Positions 30,776-40,033 of a stretch of 64,000 nucleotides of DNA are shown here, piece after piece. The stretch is from the NCBI GenBank assembly GCA_041742825.1, contig JBGTNX010000034.1, positions 105 through 64,104 on the forward strand, in the 5' to 3' direction. Numbering within the stretch: position 1 is the stretch's first letter; every line of letters starts with the position of its first letter. The DNA is from Acidimicrobiia bacterium (GTDB lineage Bacteria > Actinomycetota > Acidimicrobiia > Spongiisociales > ZC4RG35). The position numbers and the translations under genes were made by a program. A model generated the notes under the pieces. That model was not told the origin of the DNA. It did no database searches and worked only from the letters and a program-made list of their open reading frames with translations.

Positions 30776-31609
30776 CTACAAGGTCTCCGTGGCCTCGCCA
30801 AGATAGGCCTTGATCACATTGGGGTCGCGTTGCACTTCGGAAGGAGGGCCGGTGGCGATCGCTTTCCCGAAGTCGACTACCAGAACCCTGTCGGCAATGT
30901 CCATTACCAGGCCCATGTCATGTTCCACCAGCAGGATTGCGATGCCAAGCTCGTCTTGCACATCGAGGATGAAACGGGCCATGTCCTCGGTTTCTTCGAG
31001 ATTCATTCCCGCCACCGGCTCATCCAACAGCAGCAACTCGGGGTCCATGGCCAGAGCCCGTCCCAGCTCGACTCGTTTCTGGATCCCGTACGGCAACAGC
31101 CCCACCGGGTACTTGCGCCATTGCTCGATCTCCAGGAAATCGATTATGTCCTCGACGATTGCCCGGTTCTCGATCTCCTCTTTCTTAGCCTTCCCGAACC
31201 AAATGGCGCCGGCCAACCACCCGGTAGTCATCCTGACGTGGCGCCCGGTAAGCAGATTTTCGATCACGGTCATATGCGGGAAGAGTGCGATGTTCTGGAA
31301 TGTGCGGGCAATGCCGCGCTCGGCGGTGACGTTGGGTTTCAGACCCATCAGGCTCTCGCCTTTCCAGAGGATCTCCCCCTCCTGGGGCCGGTAGACCTGA
31401 TTGATCGAATTGAACAGAGAGGTCTTACCCGCGCCGTTGGGCCCGATGATGGCAAAGAGCTCACCGTCATCGACGTGGAACGAGACCCCGTCGATCGCCT
31501 TCACCCCCTGGAACGAGAGATGGACGTCATTGACCTCGAGCAGATGGGCATAGTCCTTCGGACCGGAACGATCTGTTCGCTGCTTGAGGGTCCCGCGGTT
31601 GGTAGTCAT
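30776..31609 (-). CDS. ABC transporter ATP-binding protein (LivG-like)
   Basis: Trimmed to the ATG at 31609, preceded by AAGGAGGAGG. It has Walker A GPNGAGKTS, signature sequence, and Walker B LLLLDEP. Confidence 0.9.
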   Translation of the reverse strand: MTTNRGTLKQRTDRSGPKDYAHLLEVNDVHLSFQGVKAIDGVSFHVDDGELFAIIGPNGAGKTSLFNSINQVYRPQEGEILWKGESLMGLKPNVTAERGIARTFQNIALFPHMTVIENLLTGRHVRMTTGWLAGAIWFGKAKKEEIENRAIVEDIIDFLEIEQWRKYPVGLLPYGIQKRVELGRALAMDPELLLLDEPVAGMNLEETEDMARFILDVQDELGIAILLVEHDMGLVMDIADRVLVVDFGKAIATGPPSEVQRDPNVIKAYLGEATETL

Positions 31610-31652
31610 GAACTGCCTCCTCCTTGATTGCCGGCCGACTTTGGCCGTGTGG
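31607..31652 (-). repeat. Leader/RBS repeat copy A (includes the livG-like SD and ATG)
   Basis: Minus strand reads CCACACGGCCAAAGTCGGCCGGCAATCAAGGAGGAGGCAGTTCATG. It matches copy B with 1 indel and a few mismatches. Confidence 0.8.
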
Positions 31653-31773
31653 CTCCAGGATCGAGCGGCCGAGCGTCGCCGGGGACCACATGCGCCAGAC
31701 TCGAATAGGCCAGTGCCGTCGGCCAAACAGACGCCGGTCGGCCGGGGCTTCCGCTCTCGCTCGAGTCTTCGTT

Positions 31774-31819
31774 CATGAGAGCCACCTCCTTGATTTGCCG
31801 GCCGACTTTGGCAGTATGG
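31774..31819 (-). repeat. Leader/RBS repeat copy B (SD plus ATG of a 56-codon ORF)
   Basis: Minus strand reads CCATACTGCCAAAGTCGGCCGGCAAATCAAGGAGGTGGCTCTCATG. It starts 7 nt after the livF-like stop. Confidence 0.8.
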
Positions 31820-31826
31820 CCCCAAA

Positions 31827-32627
31827 TCACGAGAGCCACCGTTTCCTTCGTTTGTAGTGCTTTACGTCGCGGAAGGACTTTTGCTCGCCACTGGCGTGGA
31901 GGCCGAGGTAGAACTCCTGGACGTCCTCGTCTTTGAGCAGCTTCTCCGGTTTGCCGTCCATCACCATCTTCCCCGTCTCCATCACATACCCATGGTGGGC
32001 GATCGAAAGCGCCATGTTTGCGTTCTGCTCGATCAGCAACACCGATGTTCCCTGTTCGTTGATCGACTTGATGATCCCCTTTACTTCCTGAACCAGCAAC
32101 GGGGCGAGACCGAGGGAGGGCTCGTCGAGGATGAGGAGCTTCGGGTTCTGCATGAGGGCACGGCCGATGGCGAGCATCTGTTGTTCACCTCCGGAGAGGT
32201 AACCGGCTGTCGAGCTCCGCCGCTCTTGCAACTGGGGAAACATCGTCATCACCCGGTCGTGTGCTTCACTCACCGCTGCGGCGTCCCGGTTGATATATCC
32301 GCCGGCGCGAAGGTTGTCTTCAACGGTCATTTCGGCGAAGATCCGCCGGCCTTCCATCACCTGGCTGATCCCCCGGCGAACCCGGGCGGATGGTTCCTCA
32401 TGGGTTATGTCGACGCCGTTGAAGCGGATCTCTCCTTTGGTGATGTCACCTTCGTGGACTTCGAGCAGCCCGGTGATGGCCCGTAAGGTAGTTGTCTTCC
32501 CCGCCCCGTTGGCCCCGAGCAGCGCCACGATCTGGCCGTCGGGAACTTCGATGGATATCCCGCGCAACACCAGGACAACGTCGTTGTAGACGACCTCGAG
32601 GTTCTCCAGGTTCAACACAAGCGCCAC
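31827..32627 (-). CDS. ABC transporter ATP-binding protein (LivF-like)
   Basis: 266 aa, GTG start after AGGAGAAG. It has Walker A GANGAGKTT, LSGGEQQ, and LLILDEPS. Confidence 0.9.
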   Translation of the reverse strand: MALVLNLENLEVVYNDVVLVLRGISIEVPDGQIVALLGANGAGKTTTLRAITGLLEVHEGDITKGEIRFNGVDITHEEPSARVRRGISQVMEGRRIFAEMTVEDNLRAGGYINRDAAAVSEAHDRVMTMFPQLQERRSSTAGYLSGGEQQMLAIGRALMQNPKLLILDEPSLGLAPLLVQEVKGIIKSINEQGTSVLLIEQNANMALSIAHHGYVMETGKMVMDGKPEKLLKDEDVQEFYLGLHASGEQKSFRDVKHYKRRKRWLS

Positions 32628-32735
32628 CTTCTCCTAACCATCAGCTCTGGGCACTGAATGCCCACAACAAACGGCTCGCAGGGTGTGGACCCGGTGGCGG
32701 GCATAGTGCCCGCCACCGTCCACTAATGGGTTAGA

Positions 32736-34109
32736 TCAACCCTCGAGCACGTAACAAGCTCCGGTGAACTCGTACGCTGCTGCGATTTCCGACGTGAAGT
32801 TGCTCTCCACGATTTGCGTCCCGGTCGGGGCGTCCAGACTCGGACGTGTGATCCACTGGGACCGTTGCACGATGTCGTTCGGCTCGCCGGAGAACACCTC
32901 TTCTGGGCCGAGTCCATCGAACTCCACCGAAGTCAGCGACTTGGCTGCGGCCAGAACACCGGCCTGGGTCATGTCACCCGCATCGTATGCCGCCAGCAAT
33001 GCCTGATGCAGGATGGCGGCCTCGATGAAGCCTTCCGCGTAGAAGTCAGTCGGAGGAGCACCCGCTGCCTCCATGACAGTACGGACATTGGCAGCACCTT
33101 CGGACTCACCGTCCCATGGCTCGTAGTACGACGAACCGATGAAGTCGCGGGCGATAGCGTCGCGAATCGGAGAGTCCTCAGCTACGAAGGCTGGGTTCCA
33201 AGAGGGAGCCGCACCCGACCACGTGGCTTCGAATCCGGTGGCAATTGCACGACCGTAAACGGCCGAGAAAGCGCCAGGAGTCGCGGTGTAGAACACGAGA
33301 TCTGCGCCGCTCCCGGCGATACCAGCTGCTACCTCGTCGAAAGTGGCTTCGCCACCTGGCCTAGGGTCGACCCGACCGATGCCGTCATAGACGACCTCGA
33401 GCCCAAGGGCCTCTGCTGCGAGCACTGCGCCGGCCGCCGAGTCGAGCCCGTAGTCACCAGGGATCGATGCAATGGCGATGGTCGGGCTGTCGATCCCCGA
33501 CTCGTCGACCATGTACTCGATCAGGTTCATCGCCTCGATGCAATACGGCGCACCATGGGGAAGCAGGTTGGAGTTGATCGCCGGATCGGACCAACCCGAG
33601 TACCAGGTGAGCGGAATCGCGAGGATCCCATCGGCCTGGAGATCGGAGTTGATTGCAACGGTGTGCGGTGAGCCAGTGGAGTGGCCGAATGCCACAACTT
33701 CACCCTTCAGCTCTTCATAGAACTGAACATGTGCGGTCACGTCGTACACGGTGTCGACTGTTTCCAACTCAACCATGAGGCCGTTGATGCCGCCGGAGGC
33801 ATTTACCTGGCCCCAATATGCGTTGTGTCCGGCCACGATCGCGGTCACGAGTGGGCCGAAGGGACCGGTGAGGTCCGACAGGAGCCCGACCGTTATGGTC
33901 TGGGCTTCGAGATCGACACCAACATCGGTCAGGATTTCCATGGGCTCTTCACCCATCGTGGTGGTGGTCTCTTCACCCATGTCCTCGGTTGTGGTGGTCT
34001 CTTCGCCGCCGCCCGCCGTCGTCGTGGTCTCTTCGCTATCGCCGCCACAGGCAGCAAGCACGAGACCAAGGACGAGCAAGATCGACAACCATTTTGATTT
34101 GATCTTCAT
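32736..34109 (-). CDS. ABC transporter substrate-binding lipoprotein (branched-chain amino acid/amide type)
   Basis: 457 aa. It has an LVLAACGG lipobox, a Thr/Glu-rich linker, and a periplasmic-binding-protein type I pattern. Confidence 0.9.
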   Translation of the reverse strand: MKIKSKWLSILLVLGLVLAACGGDSEETTTTAGGGEETTTTEDMGEETTTTMGEEPMEILTDVGVDLEAQTITVGLLSDLTGPFGPLVTAIVAGHNAYWGQVNASGGINGLMVELETVDTVYDVTAHVQFYEELKGEVVAFGHSTGSPHTVAINSDLQADGILAIPLTWYSGWSDPAINSNLLPHGAPYCIEAMNLIEYMVDESGIDSPTIAIASIPGDYGLDSAAGAVLAAEALGLEVVYDGIGRVDPRPGGEATFDEVAAGIAGSGADLVFYTATPGAFSAVYGRAIATGFEATWSGAAPSWNPAFVAEDSPIRDAIARDFIGSSYYEPWDGESEGAANVRTVMEAAGAPPTDFYAEGFIEAAILHQALLAAYDAGDMTQAGVLAAAKSLTSVEFDGLGPEEVFSGEPNDIVQRSQWITRPSLDAPTGTQIVESNFTSEIAAAYEFTGACYVLEG

Positions 34110-34160
34110 TTTTTCCTTTCCTCCTCAGTTAGCGGGGCCGGAGGCCCCTTGTCAGACCGC

Positions 34161-35438
34161 TCAATATGTGAACGGCCAACCCTTCCAATAGTTGCGGATT
34201 CTGAGCCATATGCCGTAAAGACCCAACGGCTCAAAGATTAGGAACCCAATGATCAACAAGCCGTAAATGACGAGATTCAGCTGATCGATGCCCAAACCGG
34301 GAGCGACGCCAGGCGCAGTGTTGATCAATCCGAAATCTGTCTGGTCCGTGGATACGACTATGTCGAAGATCGATGCCAGGAAGCTGTCCCCGGCCTCGAC
34401 GACATCCTGCATCCACCCGGTCACGTCGCGGATGATCCTGGGGAGGAGGATTACGAACGCCGAACCCATCAGTGTCCCCGACACGGTCCCAGCGCCGCCG
34501 ATCAACACGATGGCGATGAACTGCACCGAGAGAAAGAGGATCCAGGTCTCGGGGATGGAGCGGCCGACAAAACTCGCCAGCAGGGCACCCGACACGCCGG
34601 CAAAGAACGAAGATATTGCGAAGGCAAGCGTCTTGTACTTGAACTCGTTCACCCCCATCACCTCAGCTGCGATGTCACGGTCGCGAATCGACATGAAGGC
34701 GCGACCCACTCTGGTCCGCTGCAGATTCTTGGCGAAGAGGATGAACAGCGCAGCCAACATCAGGAGGAACAGGTACGTCTTGCCCGTCGAGTCGAGGTTG
34801 AAGATCCCGAACCAGGTCCCTTCCTCTGCGAAGCTGACCAGCGGCCCTTCCTCCTTCCACAGCTTGATCTCGAAGGGAGGATGGGACCGCCCCGATTGGG
34901 AGCCTCCGGTGATGAAATCCAGGTTGCTCCAGAGGTACTCGCCGATGAAGACGAGTCCCAGGGTCACAATCGCCAGATACAGCCCGCGGACCCGGACCGC
35001 GGTAGGGGCGATCAGCACACCAGCGAGCGCCGGGATCAATCCTGCGAGGGGTAGCCAGATCCAGATGGGCAGCCCCAAACCCCACAACCCTCCCCCGGGC
35101 ATTCCGAGCACTGCAGCCACATAGGCGCCGAGACCCATGAAGAAGGCGTGCCCGAGTGAGACCTGGCCGGCGAGGCCGGTGAGGATGTTGAGGCCTAGAG
35201 CGCCAATGGCGAAGATCAGAACGGTGGCGAGGAGTCGCATCCAGTCGCCCTCTGCCAGGAAGCTCGGGCCGGGAAGCGATCCCGTCGGGTTCTCGCCACC
35301 ACCAATGGAGCCCTCCCGGAAGAGCGGGATGGCAACCAGGAACGCTATGAAAAGAAAGAGAGCGACCCTCTTTGTGGTGGTGTTGACGATGGCCTGGTCG
35401 GCCTCATAGCTCGTATAGAGCATGGGTCGGCCCCTCAT
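34161..35438 (-). CDS. Branched-chain amino acid ABC transporter permease (LivM-like)
   Basis: 425 aa, polytopic, with the GQVSLGHAFFMGLGAY motif. Confidence 0.9.
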   Translation of the reverse strand: MRGRPMLYTSYEADQAIVNTTTKRVALFLFIAFLVAIPLFREGSIGGGENPTGSLPGPSFLAEGDWMRLLATVLIFAIGALGLNILTGLAGQVSLGHAFFMGLGAYVAAVLGMPGGGLWGLGLPIWIWLPLAGLIPALAGVLIAPTAVRVRGLYLAIVTLGLVFIGEYLWSNLDFITGGSQSGRSHPPFEIKLWKEEGPLVSFAEEGTWFGIFNLDSTGKTYLFLLMLAALFILFAKNLQRTRVGRAFMSIRDRDIAAEVMGVNEFKYKTLAFAISSFFAGVSGALLASFVGRSIPETWILFLSVQFIAIVLIGGAGTVSGTLMGSAFVILLPRIIRDVTGWMQDVVEAGDSFLASIFDIVVSTDQTDFGLINTAPGVAPGLGIDQLNLVIYGLLIIGFLIFEPLGLYGIWLRIRNYWKGWPFTY

Positions 35439-35463
35439 CGAAGCCCTTCCTGGTCTCGAGCGC

Positions 35464-36435
35464 TCATACGCGTCGGATTTCCTCGGTGCCGAACAGGCCG
35501 TGGGGCTTCACCAGCAATACGAGCAACATGACGAGATAGGGGACAACGCCACCGAAGCCCGTGCCGAGAAAGTCCCAAGGCAGGAGGGCCGAGTAAGACT
35601 GGGCAAGGCCGATGATGAGACCACCGACCACCGCCCCGACGATCGAGTCGAGCCCGCCAAGGACGATTGCGGGAAAGGCGGCGAAAGCAAAGAAAGCCGT
35701 CTGCGTGTCGAGGCCCGCGGCCCGCCTAGGAAACAGCGAAAGGAAGACTCCAGCGACCGCAGCAAGCACCGCACCGATGCCCCAGGACAGGGAGAAGATC
35801 CTGCCGACGGCGATGCCCTGGGCCCGAGCGGCCTCCTGGTCGAAAGCAGTGGCCCGCATAGCGACGCCGGTGCGACTCCGGAAGAACAGGGCTACGGCGA
35901 CCACCAGGACGACCGTCACAGCCATCTGGACGATTTCAGTGTGGGCGATACGGACCCATCCCAGATCGAGGATGGCGGTGCCCCAGGGATCGCCAAGCGG
36001 TCGCGAGTTGGTGCCGATAAAGTCGTTGGTGATTGCACGCAACACGATATCGACCCCGAGGGTGACGATTGCCACTGCAAAGAGCGCTTCACCGATCATC
36101 GGGCGAATGAAGATTCTCTCCAGGAGCATTCCCAGGCCGAACGCGACAACCAGTGCGAGCAGCACCGCGAGCGACCAACTCACCCATGCCGGCGACCCCG
36201 GCATCCAGCGTTCCGGGACGTCCCAGACCGTGGCGAACACCGCGACGAAGAAGGCGCCCACGGCGGCAATCGCCCCGTGTGCGAAGTTCAGCACCTGCGT
36301 CGCTTTGAAGATGATGACGAAACCCATGGCCAGAAGCGCATAGATCGAGCCCAGCGCCAGACCCTGGACGAAGAGCGTCGCGACCTCCGAGACCTCTTGC
36401 TTGGTCGCCTGGGCGAGCACCACTATGTCTGGCAT
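35464..36435 (-). CDS. Branched-chain amino acid ABC transporter permease (LivH-like)
   Basis: 323 aa with LGSIYALLAMGFVIIF and NFAHG motifs. The start overlaps the upstream stop by 1 nt. Confidence 0.9.
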   Translation of the reverse strand: MPDIVVLAQATKQEVSEVATLFVQGLALGSIYALLAMGFVIIFKATQVLNFAHGAIAAVGAFFVAVFATVWDVPERWMPGSPAWVSWSLAVLLALVVAFGLGMLLERIFIRPMIGEALFAVAIVTLGVDIVLRAITNDFIGTNSRPLGDPWGTAILDLGWVRIAHTEIVQMAVTVVLVVAVALFFRSRTGVAMRATAFDQEAARAQGIAVGRIFSLSWGIGAVLAAVAGVFLSLFPRRAAGLDTQTAFFAFAAFPAIVLGGLDSIVGAVVGGLIIGLAQSYSALLPWDFLGTGFGGVVPYLVMLLVLLVKPHGLFGTEEIRRV

Positions 36436-38309
36436 CAGGAGCTGTACATGTCCTGGATCAAATCGCCGAACATGTCTTCCATCGCGGTCCGCTTCAGCTT
36501 CTGGGTCGCAGTCAGCTCGCCGTCCTCGTGATCGAGCTCTTTGGGGATCAGCTTGAACTTCCGTATGTTCTCGACCCGGGCAAACTTCTCGTTGGTCTTA
36601 TTGACCACGCCCTGGATCAGCTCGATCACGTCGGGCTTCTCGGTCAGGTCCCGATAGGTGGTGTACGGCAGCCCACGGCGTGTTGCCCAGTCGCCCACGA
36701 CGTCGAACTCGATACTGATCAGCGCGCTGAGGAACTTGCGCCCGTCTCCGATGACCATCGCCTCCTTGACGTAAGGAGAGGTCTTGATGGAGTTTTCGAT
36801 CTCGGACGGCGAGATGTTCTTGCCGCCAGAGGTAACGATGATGTCCTTGATCCGGTCGACGATCTTGATATGGGTGCCGTCGACCCACTCACCGACATCG
36901 CCCGTCCTCAGCCATCCGTCCTCGGTGAATGCCTGGGCAGTCTTCTCCGGTTTGTTCCAGTAGCCCTTGAACACCCCCGGGTGTTTGGTCTGGATCTCGC
37001 CGGTCTCCTCGTCGATCCTGAAACCGATCCCCTCGTAGGGCTCCCCGACGGTGCCAACCTTGTTTCGGCCGGGGAAGTTGGTGGTGGCGACAGCTGCGTT
37101 CTCGGTCATCCCGTACAGCTCGTAGATGTCGATACCCATCCCGAGGAAGTCGCGAATCACCTCGGGTGCAATTGGAGCCGCACCAGACGCCGAATACCGC
37201 GCCCTGCGGAGCCCGATCCTCTCGTGGAGGGCCCGGAACACAAGGGGATACCCGATTGCGTAGAGCGCCCTGGTGGCGAAGGTGTGCCTGCCATCGTTAT
37301 CGACCCGAGCCCGCCCGATGTACGACGCGATCTTCATCCCGAGACCGAACCAAATCCGTTTGAACCAGGTCCCGTCCCTGCCTTTGATCGCAATCGACGC
37401 ATGGATTTTTTCCCAGATCCGGGGGACGGCGAAGAAGATGGTCGGCTGGATCTCCCTGAGATTTTGCTGGACTGTCTCGATCGACTCCGCGAAGTTGAGC
37501 GAGGGACCGTTGGCCGCCATCGTCCACGTCGAGAAGATCCTCTCGGCGACGTGGCACAGCGGAAGATAGGTCAATAGAAGGTCGTCGGGGCCGACGGGCG
37601 GGCCGTCGGTTCTCCCCTCCGACCTGACGAGGGTTTCGATGCAGAACTCGAAGTTGTCGTTGGTGAGCATCGCCCCCTTGGGAGGTCCGGTGGTGCCCGA
37701 GGTGTAGACAAGGGTCAAAAGGTCCTCACCGGTCGCCTCCGCCATACGCTGCTCGACAGCATCCGGATTGGCGTTGCGTTGTTCCTTGCCCAGCGCCAGG
37801 AAATCGTCCCAGAAGAGGAAGCGGGGGTCGTCTCTCCACCGCCGGAAACCCCTCGGTTCGATGTGAATGATCGTCTTGACGTGGCCGAGTGACCCTTCGA
37901 CCTCCATCACTTTGTCCGCCTGCTCCTGATCCTCGGCGAGATGGATCGCCGCGCCTGAGTCCGTCAGCAGGTACTCGACCTCAGCAGCCGGATTGGTCGG
38001 GTAGAGACCGACGGTGACGCCGCGGGCGGCAACGGTGGCCAGATCGAGGATTACCCACTCCGGTCTGTCTTCGGATTGAATCGAAACCCGATCACCGGGC
38101 TCGAGGCCCAGAGCAATGAGGGCGTGGGCAGCATCGTGAATCGTCTCCCAGAGGTCACCCCAGGTGATCTCCTGCCATATCCCGTAATCCTTCTCACGCA
38201 TCGCCACGCCGGCGGGGTTGGAAATGGCGCGATCGCGGACAAGTGCTGCCGGGGTCATGAAGCCGGCATCGGTCGTTGGAGCGCCGGGTCGCTCAGCGAG
38301 TGTGGTCAT
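36435..38309 (-). CDS. AMP-dependent synthetase/ligase (long-chain acyl-CoA synthetase-like)
   Basis: 624 aa. It has the YTSGTTGPPKGAML AMP-binding motif, TGD, and SGGKNISP. Confidence 0.9.
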   Translation of the reverse strand: MTTLAERPGAPTTDAGFMTPAALVRDRAISNPAGVAMREKDYGIWQEITWGDLWETIHDAAHALIALGLEPGDRVSIQSEDRPEWVILDLATVAARGVTVGLYPTNPAAEVEYLLTDSGAAIHLAEDQEQADKVMEVEGSLGHVKTIIHIEPRGFRRWRDDPRFLFWDDFLALGKEQRNANPDAVEQRMAEATGEDLLTLVYTSGTTGPPKGAMLTNDNFEFCIETLVRSEGRTDGPPVGPDDLLLTYLPLCHVAERIFSTWTMAANGPSLNFAESIETVQQNLREIQPTIFFAVPRIWEKIHASIAIKGRDGTWFKRIWFGLGMKIASYIGRARVDNDGRHTFATRALYAIGYPLVFRALHERIGLRRARYSASGAAPIAPEVIRDFLGMGIDIYELYGMTENAAVATTNFPGRNKVGTVGEPYEGIGFRIDEETGEIQTKHPGVFKGYWNKPEKTAQAFTEDGWLRTGDVGEWVDGTHIKIVDRIKDIIVTSGGKNISPSEIENSIKTSPYVKEAMVIGDGRKFLSALISIEFDVVGDWATRRGLPYTTYRDLTEKPDVIELIQGVVNKTNEKFARVENIRKFKLIPKELDHEDGELTATQKLKRTAMEDMFGDLIQDMYSS

Positions 38310-38400
38310 TTAATTGGTCCTCCTCACGAGGGCATGACAATAGGCATGCTGATCCCCGCAGGGAGGCGAGAACCTGAAAAATCCGCTGCGTCTTGGCGAT

Positions 38401-38835
38401 TTAGGACCCGCGCGACCACACTGCTTCGCCGGGTCGATGCTCCTTCTTCCAGATCGGGGCGCGGGCCTTCAGCTCATCGATGATGTACTCCCCTGCTGCG
38501 AATGCATCCTTGCGATGTGCGCTTGACACCGCTACGGCGACCGACGACTCACCAAGCATCACCTCACCGGATCGGTGTTCGACCGCCACCGCGAGGATGG
38601 GCCATTTTTCCAATGCTTCGGTAACTACCTCTTCGATCTTCGCCTCGACGAAGTCCTCGTAGACCTCGTAGTCCAAATGGGTAACGCCGTCGCGGCCGTG
38701 TGAGTGGTCACGAACCGTGCCCAGAAATAGGACCGTTGCCCCCGAATCGGGCCGACCGACCTCGGCGACGAGGGCGGCAGTGTCGATTGCATCCTCCCCT
38801 ACCCTGACCCTGACCGATTGCTGAATCCCATCCAT
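38401..38835 (-). CDS. moaE: Molybdopterin synthase catalytic subunit MoaE
   Basis: 144 aa. The pattern GA.V.F.G.VR......V..L.YE.Y......K......E......HR.G....GE......V.S.HR..AF....Y.ID.LK...PIWKKE fits MoaE. Confidence 0.9.
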   Translation of the reverse strand: MDGIQQSVRVRVGEDAIDTAALVAEVGRPDSGATVLFLGTVRDHSHGRDGVTHLDYEVYEDFVEAKIEEVVTEALEKWPILAVAVEHRSGEVMLGESSVAVAVSSAHRKDAFAAGEYIIDELKARAPIWKKEHRPGEAVWSRGS

Positions 38836-38848
38836 AGAATCAGGATAT

Positions 38849-40033
38849 ATGACACCCGAAGGTCCGGATGACCCGCCGCCGCAGGCCGACGAGGATTTTC
38901 ACGTCACCTACGACACCTACGAAGCCGGCGATGCCGGACGGCGTGAACGGAAACCGATAGACGCCTGGACGGTAGTGCTCGGTATCTTCGGCGGTGTCCT
39001 GCTCGGGACCGGGGTCACTTTCGCGACTCTCGGGTTCACCGGGGTGTTCACCGAACCCACGGTGCCCACGATCCCACCGGCACCCACCCTCACCGCCCCT
39101 CCGCCCACCTCTGCGCCACCAACTCTTATCGATAGCTCGACCGTCTCCGCAGTGGCCGAGCGGGCGATTCCCTCGATTGTTACGGTCGAGGCCTCCGGCT
39201 TCTTCGGGACGGGGGGTGGGAGCGGTGTAGTCTATGGAGACGACGGATATATCGTCACCAACAGTCATGTGATTGCGGGCGCCTCGTCTATTGCAATCGT
39301 GTTCTCGGATGGTGCCCGCTTCCCGGCCGAGATCATAGGGGACGACCCTCTCACCGACCTGGCGGTGCTCAGGGTCGCCCGCTCCGACGTCACCTCGATC
39401 GACATCGGCAGTTCGGCGGATGTAGTTATCGGCCAGGCCGCTATCGCTGTAGGCAACCCACTCGGCCTCACCGGCGGGCCCAGTGTGACCTCAGGGATCA
39501 TCAGCGCCCTCAACCGATTCCTCGACGTTGAAGCCGGCAATCGCCTCTATGGCCTGATCCAGACCGACGCTCCGATCACAAGAGGCTCGAGTGGCGGGGC
39601 GCTCCTGGACGGAAACGCCCGCCTGATCGGGATCACCACCGCGATTGCAGTGAGTGACGTCGGTGCCGAGGGGCTCGGTTTTGCAGTTCCGATCGATATC
39701 GCGACCGGGGTCATCGCCGACTTGATCGAGGCTGGCGAGGTCGCCCACGCTTTGCTCGGGATCGCCGGCGAAACTGCGTTTGCCACGAGCGACGGCGCCG
39801 GATTTCCGGTCGGGGTGCTGGTCACCGACATCCTGGGCAATTCGGCGTACGAGGCGGCGGGTGGCCAGGAGAACGATGTCATCACCTCCATCGACGGTCT
39901 TGCCGTCGACACACTCGACGAACTCCTGGCCCGCATCCGATTTCTCCGGGCGGGTGACGTCGCGACGGTCGTGATTCTCCGGGGTGACGCACAACTCGAG
40001 CTTGAAGCCACAATGGGTTTACTTGAATCATGA
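38849..40033 (+). CDS. Trypsin-like serine protease with PDZ domain (HtrA family)
   Basis: 394 aa. It has an N-terminal TM helix and the catalytic motifs TNSHVI, D, and GSSGGAL, with a C-terminal PDZ domain. Confidence 0.9.
   Translation: MTPEGPDDPPPQADEDFHVTYDTYEAGDAGRRERKPIDAWTVVLGIFGGVLLGTGVTFATLGFTGVFTEPTVPTIPPAPTLTAPPPTSAPPTLIDSSTVSAVAERAIPSIVTVEASGFFGTGGGSGVVYGDDGYIVTNSHVIAGASSIAIVFSDGARFPAEIIGDDPLTDLAVLRVARSDVTSIDIGSSADVVIGQAAIAVGNPLGLTGGPSVTSGIISALNRFLDVEAGNRLYGLIQTDAPITRGSSGGALLDGNARLIGITTAIAVSDVGAEGLGFAVPIDIATGVIADLIEAGEVAHALLGIAGETAFATSDGAGFPVGVLVTDILGNSAYEAAGGQENDVITSIDGLAVDTLDELLARIRFLRAGDVATVVILRGDAQLELEATMGLLES

Noticed and set aside
35422-36531. 369-aa plus-strand ORF, with similar long antisense ORFs at 36528-37577 (+), 39547-40602 (-), 45330-46520 (+), 51162-52325 (-), 30728-31627 (+) and 48348-50032 (+).
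   Set aside because: Each lies antisense to a gene with strong motif support (LivH, acyl-CoA ligase, HtrA/DUF2342, ClC, membrane hydrolase, LivG, OCD/FAD oxidase). Each has Arg/Asp/His/Gly-rich low-complexity translation, a high-GC shadow-ORF artefact.
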